Shown piece by piece: positions 12,001 through 22,595 of a DNA stretch of 64,000 nt; the first letter of the stretch is position 1, and every line of letters begins with the position of its first letter. Under the pieces are notes generated by a model. The model was not told the origin of the DNA. It saw nothing but the letters and a program-made list of their open reading frames with translations, and ran no database searches. Origin of the DNA: Chlorokybus atmophyticus (taxonomy: Eukaryota; Plantae; Mesostigma and Chlorokybus algae); contig RHPI01001043.1 of assembly GCA_009103225.1 (NCBI GenBank), forward strand, positions 63,978 to 127,977, given 5' to 3'. The position numbers were made by a program, and so were the translations under genes.

Positions 12001-14471
12001 ATCTGTGTGCGTGTATAGCATCTCTCTCGTTGACACCAACACACTTAACTCTCCTGCAGGCGAACATCATCACTGATCGCGATCTCACGGAGCAGATATC
12101 CACAATGGTGTCCATCACCCAGGCCAGTCTCCCCGACGGGGTGGAGATAGCCACCCTCATCAACAACATCAATGGAGGCCGATACCCCGTGTCTTTCATC
12201 GTGTACACGCCAGGCGTATACACACTCTCCATCAACGGGACCGAGACGGATATCGTTGTCTCACCTGCAGAAGCCACAACTGCTCTGAGTGCTGGAGCGC
12301 TGCCGAAATCGCTCGCACGGTCCGGACACGCTGCTGTGGCTTATAACAGGGATGTGTTTATCTTCGGTGGTGCGGATATTACCACGGGGGCGAAGCTGAA
12401 CGATACGTGGGTGTTGCGTGATGCTGATATCGAGCCCTCGAGCACACTCAACTATGTTATCCACCTCGCAGTGAAGCCCAGCGCTGCCTTTGATATCGAC
12501 ACCACCTTCCGTATCGCTGTCCCGACAGATTATCTGCTGGAGGCAGGGCAGATATCACCCTCATGCACGGATGTCGCCTTCAGGCTTGAGGGAGGACCCG
12601 TACTCGCATACTATGTGGACATGTGGACTTGTGGCACGCAAGAGACAGTCTTCTGGGTCCGCGTCCCCGCCACCGCTACCACCATCTCAGGCGATATCTT
12701 CACTCTGGAGATGTATTTCGGTAACCCCATGGCCGCTATCAGCATTCAGCTGCCTGAGTCTGTCTTCGATTTCTATGAAGGATTCGAGGGTGGAATCGAC
12801 ATCGGAAATTTCCGGCCCGCTATTGGCTGCGGGCTTACTGATGCATCAGCAGATGGGTTTATTATCGCTGAGGAGCTGTCGTATGCGGGTGATAAGAGTC
12901 TGTATGTCAGATTCGGCACCGCTGGTGCGATTGAGGCCGATATCGACCCCACGGACAGCTTCATCCTGCGTGCGAGCTTCTATGACTCCGATAGCGAGAG
13001 CGCGGCTCATTATATCAGTCCCAATTTCGATATCTGCACCGAGAGCGCCGATAGCGAGCGTCTTCTCCTGCCCGGTGATGCAGATATCGACAACACCCAA
13101 CATAAGAGCACTGCACTCGGCGTGTACACGCTCTCGACAAAGAGCAAGTATGCACTCGCATCGCCGTGGGAGTCTGTGCCAGCGAGCCGACACGCTGGCT
13201 GGCGTCACTTTGAAATCCGCAGCAATGTCACCGGCACAAGCGCGTACATCGCTGGCGAGCTCGTCTGGTTTGATATGGCTCCCATTAACATTGATAAGGT
13301 GTTCATCAGTGCCGGCATCGCTGGTTTCAACGACCAACTTGGAGCGCCCAACATGCTCCCTGCACACGCCTTCTGGGACGAGATATCCGTTGTCAAGGTA
13401 CGTGTGTGTACGTGTGTGTGACTACTGCGTGCGCGTATGCGTGTGAGTGCGCGTGCTCGTATACACATGTGCGCATGCTCACACTCACACGCACACGCAC
13501 ATGCGCATGTGCCAGTTGATGTGCATGTGGGTATCTGTGTGTGTGCGCACACCTCGCAATCATCCAGCGCTCATACATGCCTGCACTGTGCATAACAGCT
13601 GCTGAACTCTGCATCCCTGCAGGTACACGCAGCCGCAGTTGATATTGAGATCACAGCAGACTCACCCCAACGTGCTGACTTCGCACACGAGCGAACGTGG
13701 GAACAGTTGGACATCACAACCACGCAGCAAATCCCACCCGGGCGTGATGGCCACACCGCTGTCATGTACAACGACGCAATGTACATCTTCGGTGGTGAGG
13801 GCGACAACACTGTCGTGTTCAACGACGTGTGGGAGTTCAACCTCACGACGCTCGCGTGGAGAAACATCAGCACACAAGAGGGTGAGAACACTCTCACCCC
13901 GAGCGCGCGATATCAACACGCAGCTGCTGTCAGCTCCGATGGCGTGATTTATATCTTCGGCGGGCGCAATGATACAGACTTGTTTGAGGATGTGTGGGCT
14001 TTCGATATCGCTGCCAGCACGTGGATTGAGGTCGAGAGGGTTGAAATCGGCATTCGCTACGGCCACACAGCAGTTGTATCTGAAGATGTTGTTTATATCT
14101 ACGGTGGGTACACCGATGACGGCGTATCCGACAGCTTCGTCGCTTTCGATATCGCCACAGGCGACTTGATATCGCTGCCGGGCTTCCAGCCAGCTTCTTC
14201 ACATTACACTGGGCGATATCGACACGCTTCAGCTGCACAAAGCGGCTTCGTGTATATCTTTGGTGGCTCTGATACTGACTCAGCAACAGAGTACACAGAC
14301 ATGTGGCAGTTTGACATCGGCTCCAAGGCATGGACTCTTGTTGAACAATTCACCGGTGATATCGCTCCTGGAGCTGCGGGCTTTGCGATATCGAGCAGGG
14401 TGTGCTGGCAAGGCGGCCGGATATCGGACACCCTCTGTTATCCTGTGCCATACGCCAGCCATCAAGGTTGA
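35..14471 (+). CDS. Giant multidomain extracellular protein, 5'-partial, about 3,650 codons in 23 exons. It has cadherin/He_PIG-like Ig repeats, about 6 LamG/concanavalin A-like domains, TIG/IPT-like and filamin-type Ig repeats, Ser-Pro4 linkers, a DUF2341-like domain and a C-terminal Kelch propeller.
   Basis: Hand-spliced exons keep phase throughout: 35-401, 482-612, 697-1264, 1353-1533, 1605-1723, 1939-2310, 2430-2525, 2709-2877, 2970-3057, 3219-3450, 3612-3744, 3964-4595, 4707-5095, 5393-5948, 6124-6615, 6843-7658, 7743-7916, 8174-9833, 9933-10178, 10308-10886, 11094-11857, 12060-13397, 13623-14471, all GT-AG. LamG motifs: WHHAAIAV..FDGFVDEVVVY, WHHVAVS..DIDELRVY, WHYVFVS..FSGLIDEVKLF, FTLEAWVY..WQHIAATW, WTHVAAVY..FTGMIDEATLW. 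Filamin-like: VEDMGNGQYVVSYTPQVKGMY. Kelch: GHTAVMYNDAMYIFGG, YGHTAVVSEDVVYIYGG. No C-terminal TM segment seen; start codon lies left of the window. Confidence 0.88.
402..13622. repeat. Intronic alternating purine-pyrimidine (CA/TG/CG/TA) microsatellite tracts in most introns of the giant gene; similar tracts occur in introns at 15-16, 18, 23-30, 34, 44, 56-58 and 62.8-63.9 kb
   Basis: Directly visible, e.g. 1265-1315 (GT)n, 2620-2665 (CA)n/(GCAC)n, 7935-8145 TG-rich, 13398-13550. Confidence 0.95.
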
Positions 14472-14475
14472 TATC
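7260..14475. repeat. Highly iterated dispersed palindrome GATATC (often CGATATCG) within coding exons
   Basis: Manual count of 41 GATATC sites between 7260 and 14470, e.g. 7347, 7383, 7427, 8398, 8450, 9024, 9044, 12426, 12492, 12551, 14148, 14168, 14215, 14358, 14387, 14420. About 1.8 would be expected at uniform base composition. Confidence 0.9.
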
Positions 14476-14864
14476 AACATTGTCGTCTTCTCAAACAAGC
14501 AACCATAGAGCAGACTGCAGTGGGAAAACGCTCACTCTCATGACTTCGTCACATTGACAAGTTTGCCTGCGGTCAGTTAGGTTGTCTGTGCATTCAGTAG
14601 CATTGTGGTTTGTGTACTTATTCAATTGCTCAATACACACAATAACGCGTTGTCTTGCCAACATAACTGTCTCCTTGCATCTCTGCTGTAAGCGCACATC
14701 AACATTAACCTGCTTTTCAATACCCAAGCTGCCGTATAGCATAATACAAGCAGCTAATAGAAAACATACAAGTGAAAACTAGCTTATAGTGGTAACATGC
14801 ATAAATCAACAAAACTGTTTGGGAGGCAGGCGAGCAAATGTATACATAAGTGATGTGCACTACA

Positions 14865-16830
14865 TTATGTTTTCATAAGCAGCACAACGGTGTGGCACGC
14901 CACGCTGCGGTTTTCCCCGAGGCTGTCGACGTTTTCATGCGTCTTGGCTTTGAGGTTGACAACGGAGGCGGGGACGCCCAACAACTCGCATATGTTCTTG
15001 ATGATGACCGGCTTGTGGGGACTCAACTTGGGCCGTTGTAGTATGATTGTGGCGTCGAGGTTGCCTATTGCATAACCCGCCTCGGTCATGCGCCTCACCT
15101 GAGCACACAGATGGTTTAATAAATGTGGGTATGTGTGAAGATTGCGAGTGTGTGCGTGTGCATGTGCGTGTGCATGCGTGTGTGTGTATGAGTGTGTATT
15201 GTGTTCTTACTGCTTCTTTCATGAAGACAGAGCTGGCGGCGCCTTTCCATTTGGGGTCGTTATCGGGGAAAAGCTGGCCAATATCGGGCAGGCCGAGCGC
15301 GCCGAGCAGCGCGTCCACAATACAGTGCATCAACACATCACCTGCGTGAACACAAACACCGACATGAGATAATCAACATGAGAGTAGGATTTCTGCAAGC
15401 GCAAACTGATACTCACCATCTGAGTGGGCGTCGCAGCCGCGATCATGTGGTATGTCTACGCCGCCGATAATCAGCTTCCGCCCTGGCTCCAGCCTGCAGC
15501 GCGAAAGGCATTGGGCTTGCATCCACAAAACGCATAGACACACCCGTGTTTGTGCGTGTGCGTGCGGTACAAATGCGGCGGTGAAGATGAACAGCTGTAT
15601 ACGCATGCATGCTCGGGGTGGTCTGCATGTGGTTGGCATGTACCCACACAAGCCATGTACATCTACTCAGCTTGTGCACGTGGCATCATGGGTACTAAGG
15701 GCAGAAAGATGTCTCTAGGTGCAAGAATGAGGGTATGCGCCTCCCACATTGTAAACAGGCGTACCATGCATGCATACGCAGCTGTACAGCCCCGCATCTA
15801 TCCACATTACGTGCAGTCATTTTCCGTCACACACACACACATGCATACACACACACGCGCAAGACGCTTTCATGCACACAACCGCAGTTGCAGATGGCAA
15901 GTTCGCCACTGACCAGCGGATGAAACATAACACATGACAGCGCGCACACCTGTGGAGGTCGAAGCCGTGGCCGACGCGGAAAGGCAACACCGGCGTGGAT
16001 GACGACGAAGAAGGCGATAGCGAAGGAGCGGTCTCGGTTGCCGCGGCCTCCGCCAAGACGGGAGACACTACTCTGTGTTGTTGCTGTCGTTGTGGTGTCC
16101 GCTGTCCCCACTGCATGCACCAAAAGGCTTTTTGAAACAACTTGTGATTCGTGCTCAGCACATTGCTTGCACAAGTGCTGCTTGAGGCTGACTATCAAGG
16201 CAAACGGGTGTGCCTTCAGCTTTCAAAACTGCACAAAGTGCAGTTAAAAGCAGCATCTCTGTGTCACGCACTTATTGATTGGGGTAATACGCGATTCATG
16301 GATGGAACACATGCACGCGTTTACTCGTCAACAAGGCATTGACTGCTTGTATGCATGCTTCAACAAGCGAACGCATGCACAACCGAATGGCTGAACGCAT
16401 GTGTACACCTGGATGACTGTACTTAGGACAGAAGTCCGACTGTCCGACTAAATGCATGCACAAGGAAATGAAGTTAGTGACTGACCAGGCGCAGACTCCC
16501 TCTCTTGCAGCACAATGGGCTGCTGCTACTAACAGAACACCATGTTTGTGACTGGAAACTTGATGACGTAAACCAACCCTGGCTGCGCACTGCCACCCCA
16601 AAGCGAATGCGTGCGAACAAACGCTTACACAAATGCAATGAACAACCTATTGCTTGCAGCTGCATTACCTGCAGGGAAAGGCCTCTTCTCCTGGCAGCAG
16701 GGGAGAGCGCTGCGCGGGTCAGCGGCGGCGAGCTTGCGGAGGAGGAGGAGGAGGAGGCCCTTGCGCTTGTGGTCAACGGGCTGATTGTCGTCACAGGCGA
16801 CCACACCGACGCCGCCATCGCCGCCATCAT
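14865..16830 (-). CDS. ispF: 2-C-methyl-D-erythritol 2,4-cyclodiphosphate synthase (MEP pathway), plastid-targeted
   Basis: Exons 16830-16669, 16110-15950, 15493-15417, 15341-15211, 15098-14865 splice in frame. They give a Ser/Ala-rich transit peptide followed by [54 protein letters not shown] and NLKAKTHE, which are hallmark IspF motifs. Confidence 0.97.
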
Positions 16831-16898
16831 CGCCGTCCAGCCCAAGCCCCAAACCCTACACCAGGCCGTGGCTTGTGCACAACCTAGCACTTTCCTTC
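16831..16898. promoter_or_regulatory. Very short divergent spacer and probable bidirectional promoter between ispF and the DUF6816-like gene
   Basis: ATG on minus strand at 16830 and ATG on plus strand at 16899, each opening a transit-peptide exon that ends at a usable donor site. Confidence 0.6.
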
Positions 16899-19618
16899 AT
16901 GGCGGCGACGGCGGCGGCGGTGCCGGTGTTGGCGTGGTCCTTGTCGTCTTCCACATCCTCATCCTCGTCATCCTTCTTGGCGCCGCCGGGTCGCAGACAG
17001 AGGCGGGAGCAGCGAGGGAGCCACGTGGCTCGCTGGGAGCCGAGCATAACAGCTTGCTCTTCCTCTAACCAAGTAACTGATCAAGAAATAGGTTGATGTG
17101 CATGCATGGCAATGCAACGCTATGCCCATCCCATGCTTGCCTATAGCTGTAATATTACGTTATACATGCGTTCACACTCACTCCATGAACAATGCGTCTT
17201 CAGAGGCTTTTTGGAAAGGCATGCTTGCCCAGTACTGGTAGTGGCTATGCACACTGCCTTTCAGCGGTTGTGTTTGTCCTGCTCTTGTTTTAGGCATTCG
17301 CGGTCAGCATAGTGCTTACAAGATAACAACAACAGCAAAAACACAATTAGAGCAATGGTCATACGTTCACTCGGTGGTGACAGCGTGGCATGTGATCGGC
17401 CAGTACCACTGTAATCAGCTTATGTACCACTACTGCACTGGTCGTTTCGTCGTCCAGCTTGTTAGCAATACATGCTTGTCTCGTGGGGTGTAAGCGTGTC
17501 ACAAGCAACAAGTTGAACAATGCGTGTTGACCAGGACAGAATAGCAGTCACAAAGCCCCAACAGCTGAGTCGAAATCCGCCGCGCCCGAGTGCGATATCG
17601 GTCGGAGGCATGCGATCGCTGCAGCTGCTGCGTTAGCGATATCAGTCTCGACTTCAACATCAGCACCCCCGCCCGCTTCTGCTGCGGCTGCAATCGGAGA
17701 TGGACGCAGCGTGCTGCAGCGTGTGTTTGGCATGGGGGCGTCCGATCTGTACTACCCAGAGTGAGTGCACAAGCGTGTTGCAACGTAATGTGCAATGTTT
17801 CATTGTGGGCATACACATGTTTCTGTAGTCATACAGCAGTGCAATTTAGTATACTACATCCACACGTGCACGCAGGCACCCACGCACAGTCATAGTGTGT
17901 TCACAGGCACACATGCGTGCATACACAAGCACAACTAAGTAGTTAAGCTATATGCGCGCATGCACCCACGCACAGGCATAGTGTAGCTTCGCGAGCGCAC
18001 ATGCGTGGGCATGCGTGTGTGCATATACACGCTTTGCCTGTGTGCATGCGTGTGCCCGCACATGCGCACGCAGATGTGCGCATGTGCCTGCATGCGCATG
18101 ATAGTCCACGTATGCTGTACACCGTGCTGATGTGTACACTATGCGTACCATTCGCTACACGTGAATACGCTGTCCATGGCACCATATGACTATTGATATT
18201 GTGCGTCATATGTGTTGCTTATGGCACGGTTGTACCCATACTCGCACGTCATCCGCTCTTTGTTGACAGGTTCTTCAATGGTACGTGGGAGTGCGTGTCG
18301 ACGCTGGTTACAATAGAAACACCACAGGGAGAAGACAAGATGGACGCGAACAGCCTCGCACGAGCTCGTCGCCAATTGAACACTTCGGTATAGAAACAGT
18401 ACCAACTCAACAGCATTGCAGCTTGTTTGTTGAATTGTTGTTCCAAATGCAATACCGTGTCAGGTCAAGTATATGACACGGTTCTTCCCACGTGAAGGGC
18501 ACATCATTGCCGACAGAGAAAGCACATCTGTGGTGAGTTGGTGTGTGTTTGTGTTGTGGACTGCATCTTGGTCCAGTGTTGGTATTTGCGGTTCTTTTGC
18601 AAGTCCGCAAACACAACACCACTATTGCACATGCGCATAAGCATAATATCATCACTTTTCTGCAATGTGCCTTCTCAGAACTTTCACTTAAGTTGCTATA
18701 TACAGTTCTCATCTGTTTTCCCCGGGTCTTTAACACCTGATGGTGACGATCATATCTTGCATTGTGTCGACCATCAAGTTGTAGCACAGTGCTTTGGTAG
18801 AGGATGGTTACTTTATCTCTGCTTGATGCACAGAGCTTGACGGAGGCGACGGTCGGCAAAGGCATTGTAACAGCGTCGGAGTGGAACCCTGCGAAGCCCA
18901 ACAGAGTGGTGCTGCGTCTCAAAGGCGGCTTCAAGGTGAGTGCGTGTCAGTACACAGACACACAACACATCTGCACGCACATGCGCGCACACACCTACGC
19001 ATGCACATGCGTGCGTGCTCGCGTGTCTGACAACAGCATTGGTATTCGGTTACAAGCTTTGTATGCATGTGCAGCATGATGCATGCTTAATGTGCCATCA
19101 CTGTAGGTGGAGTCCTTAGTGACAAGGCGTTCCATTGTGGAGGTCGGGCCGGGGCGGTTGGACACCTCAGAGTTCTCTAAGCAAGTCATTGACAACGGTC
19201 AAGCGGTGGATGGGCCGCCTACAGTGAAGGTTGGAAAAGCCTGCTGGTTGGTCAATTGTTGCATTGTGGTTGCATGACATGGAAAAACATTCCAAGAAAC
19301 TCGTGGTTTGCACAGGCCAGCCAGAACTACACAAAATACAAGTGGGATCCTAGAGACCAAGCTAACGTGCAAGACGTAGAGGTAAATAAAGAGTTATTGC
19401 ATTTTGTTGTTTGTAAGCTGTATCTTCAACAACCACCACAGTTTGGCACACAAAACGGATTGTTGCATGCACAGGCTATTCAGCGCATAGCGATGTTTCC
19501 CGTGCCAGTGGGCGATCAGCGCGAGAGCGATGATATCATGGAGGCGATGAGTTCTGCTAACAAGCCCATCACGGTGTACAGATACTACGTGCGCTTCCAT
19601 AAGATTTCAGACAGTTGA
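16899..19618 (+). CDS. Plastid, probably thylakoid-lumen (TAT) targeted protein of unknown function, DUF6816-like
   Basis: Exons approx 16899-17091, 17535-17760, 18270-18388, 18464-18532, 18833-18935, 19107-19229, 19317-19381, 19473-19618. The product has a transit peptide, then GRRHAIAAAAALAIS..ASAAA (twin-Arg plus hydrophobic signal), then DLYYPE-RFFNGTWECVSTLV, IADR, WNPAKPNRVVL and KPITVYRYYVRF. These resemble the cyanobacterial/algal family I recall as DUF6816 (HMM check needed). Confidence 0.75.
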
Positions 19619-21230
19619 CAAGCACTCGCGTGCATGCTTGCGGGAAATGCGTGTTGGGTTGCACATGGATGTGGCGTAAGTTAACAGCAGGATATTCTTT
19701 GCAAGGTTCGGACTTGAGGGTTGCCCCCTTGCCATGGGTATGAAAAGCGTAGTGTTTATGATGTAGTCTCTCTATCGACATTGTACACAATCAGCACGAC
19801 ACAGTTGCCCATTTATAGAACATGTCCATGGACCAACCAGTTGTGATAGAGACATCTATCATATGTGTTGGTTAAGATGGGCGGAATAACTCATTTTGGG
19901 ACGGAACCACTGATTCCGTTTGTGTTTCCGTAGTGGCTATAGAAGCAAGTATGGACACTGCACTGTATCTCTCGCTATCTACTTAAAGGAAAAGAGAGAA
20001 AACGTTCACACAGTGGCCGGATTGTACCAAGCTGCGCCCTCTAGCACGCACTAATGACACACTGCACTAGGCAATGGCGTAAACACCACATGTTTTCCGG
20101 CTTGGAGGGGACCTGCCAATGTTGTGTGTGGGTTGTTCCTGCCCACATGCTTGCCTCACACTGGGATAGGTAGCGAAGTATTTGCAAGGCACACAACAAA
20201 GGGCGGCAGGACCCTACTGCAGGGCCCTAAAACCCTTAATCAGAAGTTAGCAAGGCATGATGTGCTCCAACATTATGATCAAATTGGTGCATGCAAGCAG
20301 CCTGCATTGGGATGCAACGCTAAATTATATGATCAGTGGACAACACATCAGCGGTACTTGTAACGTGCATACGGTTCCTCTTTGCATCTTGTGTACAAAC
20401 GACCGCCTAGCTATAGCCACGTGTGGTAAGTTACCATACATGTTTACGCAACTTTTGTGTGACTTAAGTTGTTGTTGCTAGCTTGACACCATGGCATGTG
20501 GTGCATACACGCAATCCTTGGCTTTATACATTCCCTCTTGGATCTTTTGTATACATGTATACATATGCTAGCACATGTGGCATGCACGCACGCACGCACG
20601 CAATGATTAAAATCAAGCTAGAGAGTGCGAGACACATGTGTCAGCAAGGAGAGAGTGAGAGAGAATAATGCACTCAGTGCGTGTGGCATACGCATAAACA
20701 TGCGTGAACACACTCATGCATAACATTTTATACAAGCACGTCGCATACAGTATGCTATTGCACGTACCTGTGTGCGCGCGCGCATCAATCAACAACAACG
20801 TATACAATGTCTGCGACATGCACGATTGTGCATACATACATACCATTAATCTTGTTACATTGGAGTGAAGTATATTGTGCAAACAACTAGCTAACATTAA
20901 CATTGTAGTAGTATCATTACGTAACCATTAATATCAATCTTGAATGCGAGAGAATGGCAGCGAATGGCGCTATGCTGTTATCCTCTCCAGACCATGCTGT
21001 AATAAACATGCATGCAACCATAACTAATCTCAAGATCGATATAGCAATGTAGTACTGTTTATGAATCTGTCAGCATTTTGCTATCGTAATAATGTACAAG
21101 TAAGGTATTTGCTTGAACAAATATATAAAGCTGTAGAGTGACGCCTAGCAAAAGCCCTTACTCTCCCATTTGCATCAAATGCAATCTGATGGACCTATCG
21201 CTCTTGTAAGAATAATGTGTGGGTGGGGGG

Positions 21231-21769
21231 NNNNNNNNNNNNNNNNNNNNNNNNNNNNNNNNNNNNNNNNNNNNNNNNNNNNNNNNNNNNNNNNNNNNNN
21301 NNNNNNNNNNNNNNNNNNNNNNNNNNNNNNNNNNNNNNNNNNNNNNNNNNNNNNNNNNNNNNNNNNNNNNNNNNNNNNNNNNNNNNNNNNNNNNNNNNNN
21401 NNNNNNNNNNNNNNNNNNNNNNNNNNNNNNNNNNNNNNNNNNNNNNNNNNNNNNNNNNNNNNNNNNNNNNNNNNNNNNNNNNNNNNNNNNNNNNNNNNNN
21501 NNNNNNNNNNNNNNNNNNNNNNNNNNNNNNNNNNNNNNNNNNNNNNNNNNNNNNNNNNNNNNNNNNNNNNNNNNNNNNNNNNNNNNNNNNNNNNNNNNNN
21601 NNNNNNNNNNNNNNNNNNNNNNNNNNNNNNNNNNNNNNNNNNNNNNNNNNNNNNNNNNNNNNNNNNNNNNNNNNNNNNNNNNNNNNNNNNNNNNNNNNNN
21701 NNNNNNNNNNNNNNNNNNNNNNNNNNNNNNNNNNNNNNNNNNNNNNNNNNNNNNNNNNNCCCCCCCCCC
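21231..21769. other. Assembly gap (539 N)
   Basis: N run flanked by a G-run on the left and a C-run on the right. Confidence 1.
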
Positions 21770-22595
21770 GCCTTTGGAGACCCTCTGCCTTTGTATTTGA
21801 TGGAAATGTGTTGTTAAAAACTTAATGCTTCTTTGATAGGGCGGTTGGGAGGGTTTGTTTCAAAGGGGTGGCTGTGTACGAGTATATACGGCAGACAGTT
21901 TCAATCTGCACTGTGTTGCATACAGCGATTGCTGTTCTTCAGACGCGCATTTCAACCTGAGCAAACGTGTTGTCGAGGCAGGTGGTTTGTGAAGCGTCTT
22001 GACAGCTTGCACAGCGCATCCCGGTACAATCTGGGTACGATCTCATGGCCGGGCAACGTGCTGGTACGAACCCATGGCCCCGAAACCTCGACCTGTCAGC
22101 GCTGACATACCGGGTGTACGTTGCTCAGTCGGAGTGGCTGCGCACGCCATTGATAGGCCTGCACACTGCACTGTGACGCTTCCACGAAGCTACCCTGCAT
22201 TAACGGCATCCTTGCCGCAGTGGTGCGTTTCGTGCGATAGCGACAAGATCGATATAGAATAGTACCGCCGCGCATAGCACGCGCCAAAGAGCAGCCTGGT
22301 GCAGATAACGCACGCCCCACGCGTTCTTGGGCGACCGGTACTTAGTGAAGATTCTGTACGCAAGCAGTATAGTGTAGCAGAGGTAGCGCAGGCTGGACTC
22401 GCGCTACATCTCGGTTGTGGATACATGGGATGCTGGTTGGCTGTCTGTTGGCACACCCATGCATGCTAGACTACCCCAGGTAGTATCATGTCATCAGTTG
22501 TTGTCACTGTACTTAATGTAGAGAACTCCTGATCGTATTGGGCTGCACCTCCTTGCTGTGAGAGTTCGTTGTGCGTTTGCTGAGTGCGAGCTGTC

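Noticed and set aside
8144-13367. Long antisense ORFs opposite the giant gene (8144-9088, 11075-11797, 12846-13367)
   Set aside because: Expected opposite long coding exons; no start or splice context and no recognisable domains.
14260-14508. Possible alternative C-terminus or frameshift of the giant gene (..KVDINIVVFSNKQP)
   Set aside because: The main frame already supplies a degenerate sixth Kelch blade (WQGG) and a stop at 14471, and no in-phase splice gives a better product.
16856-17047. Minus-strand ORF (KKDDEDEDVEDDKD..) ending about 25 nt before the ispF start, suggesting a bicistronic mRNA
   Set aside because: It is the antisense shadow of the Ser-rich transit-peptide exon of the plus-strand DUF6816-like gene, and no upstream minus-strand exons support it.
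21170-21825. Long ORFs spanning X runs (also at 38180-38753)
   Set aside because: Artefacts of N gaps.
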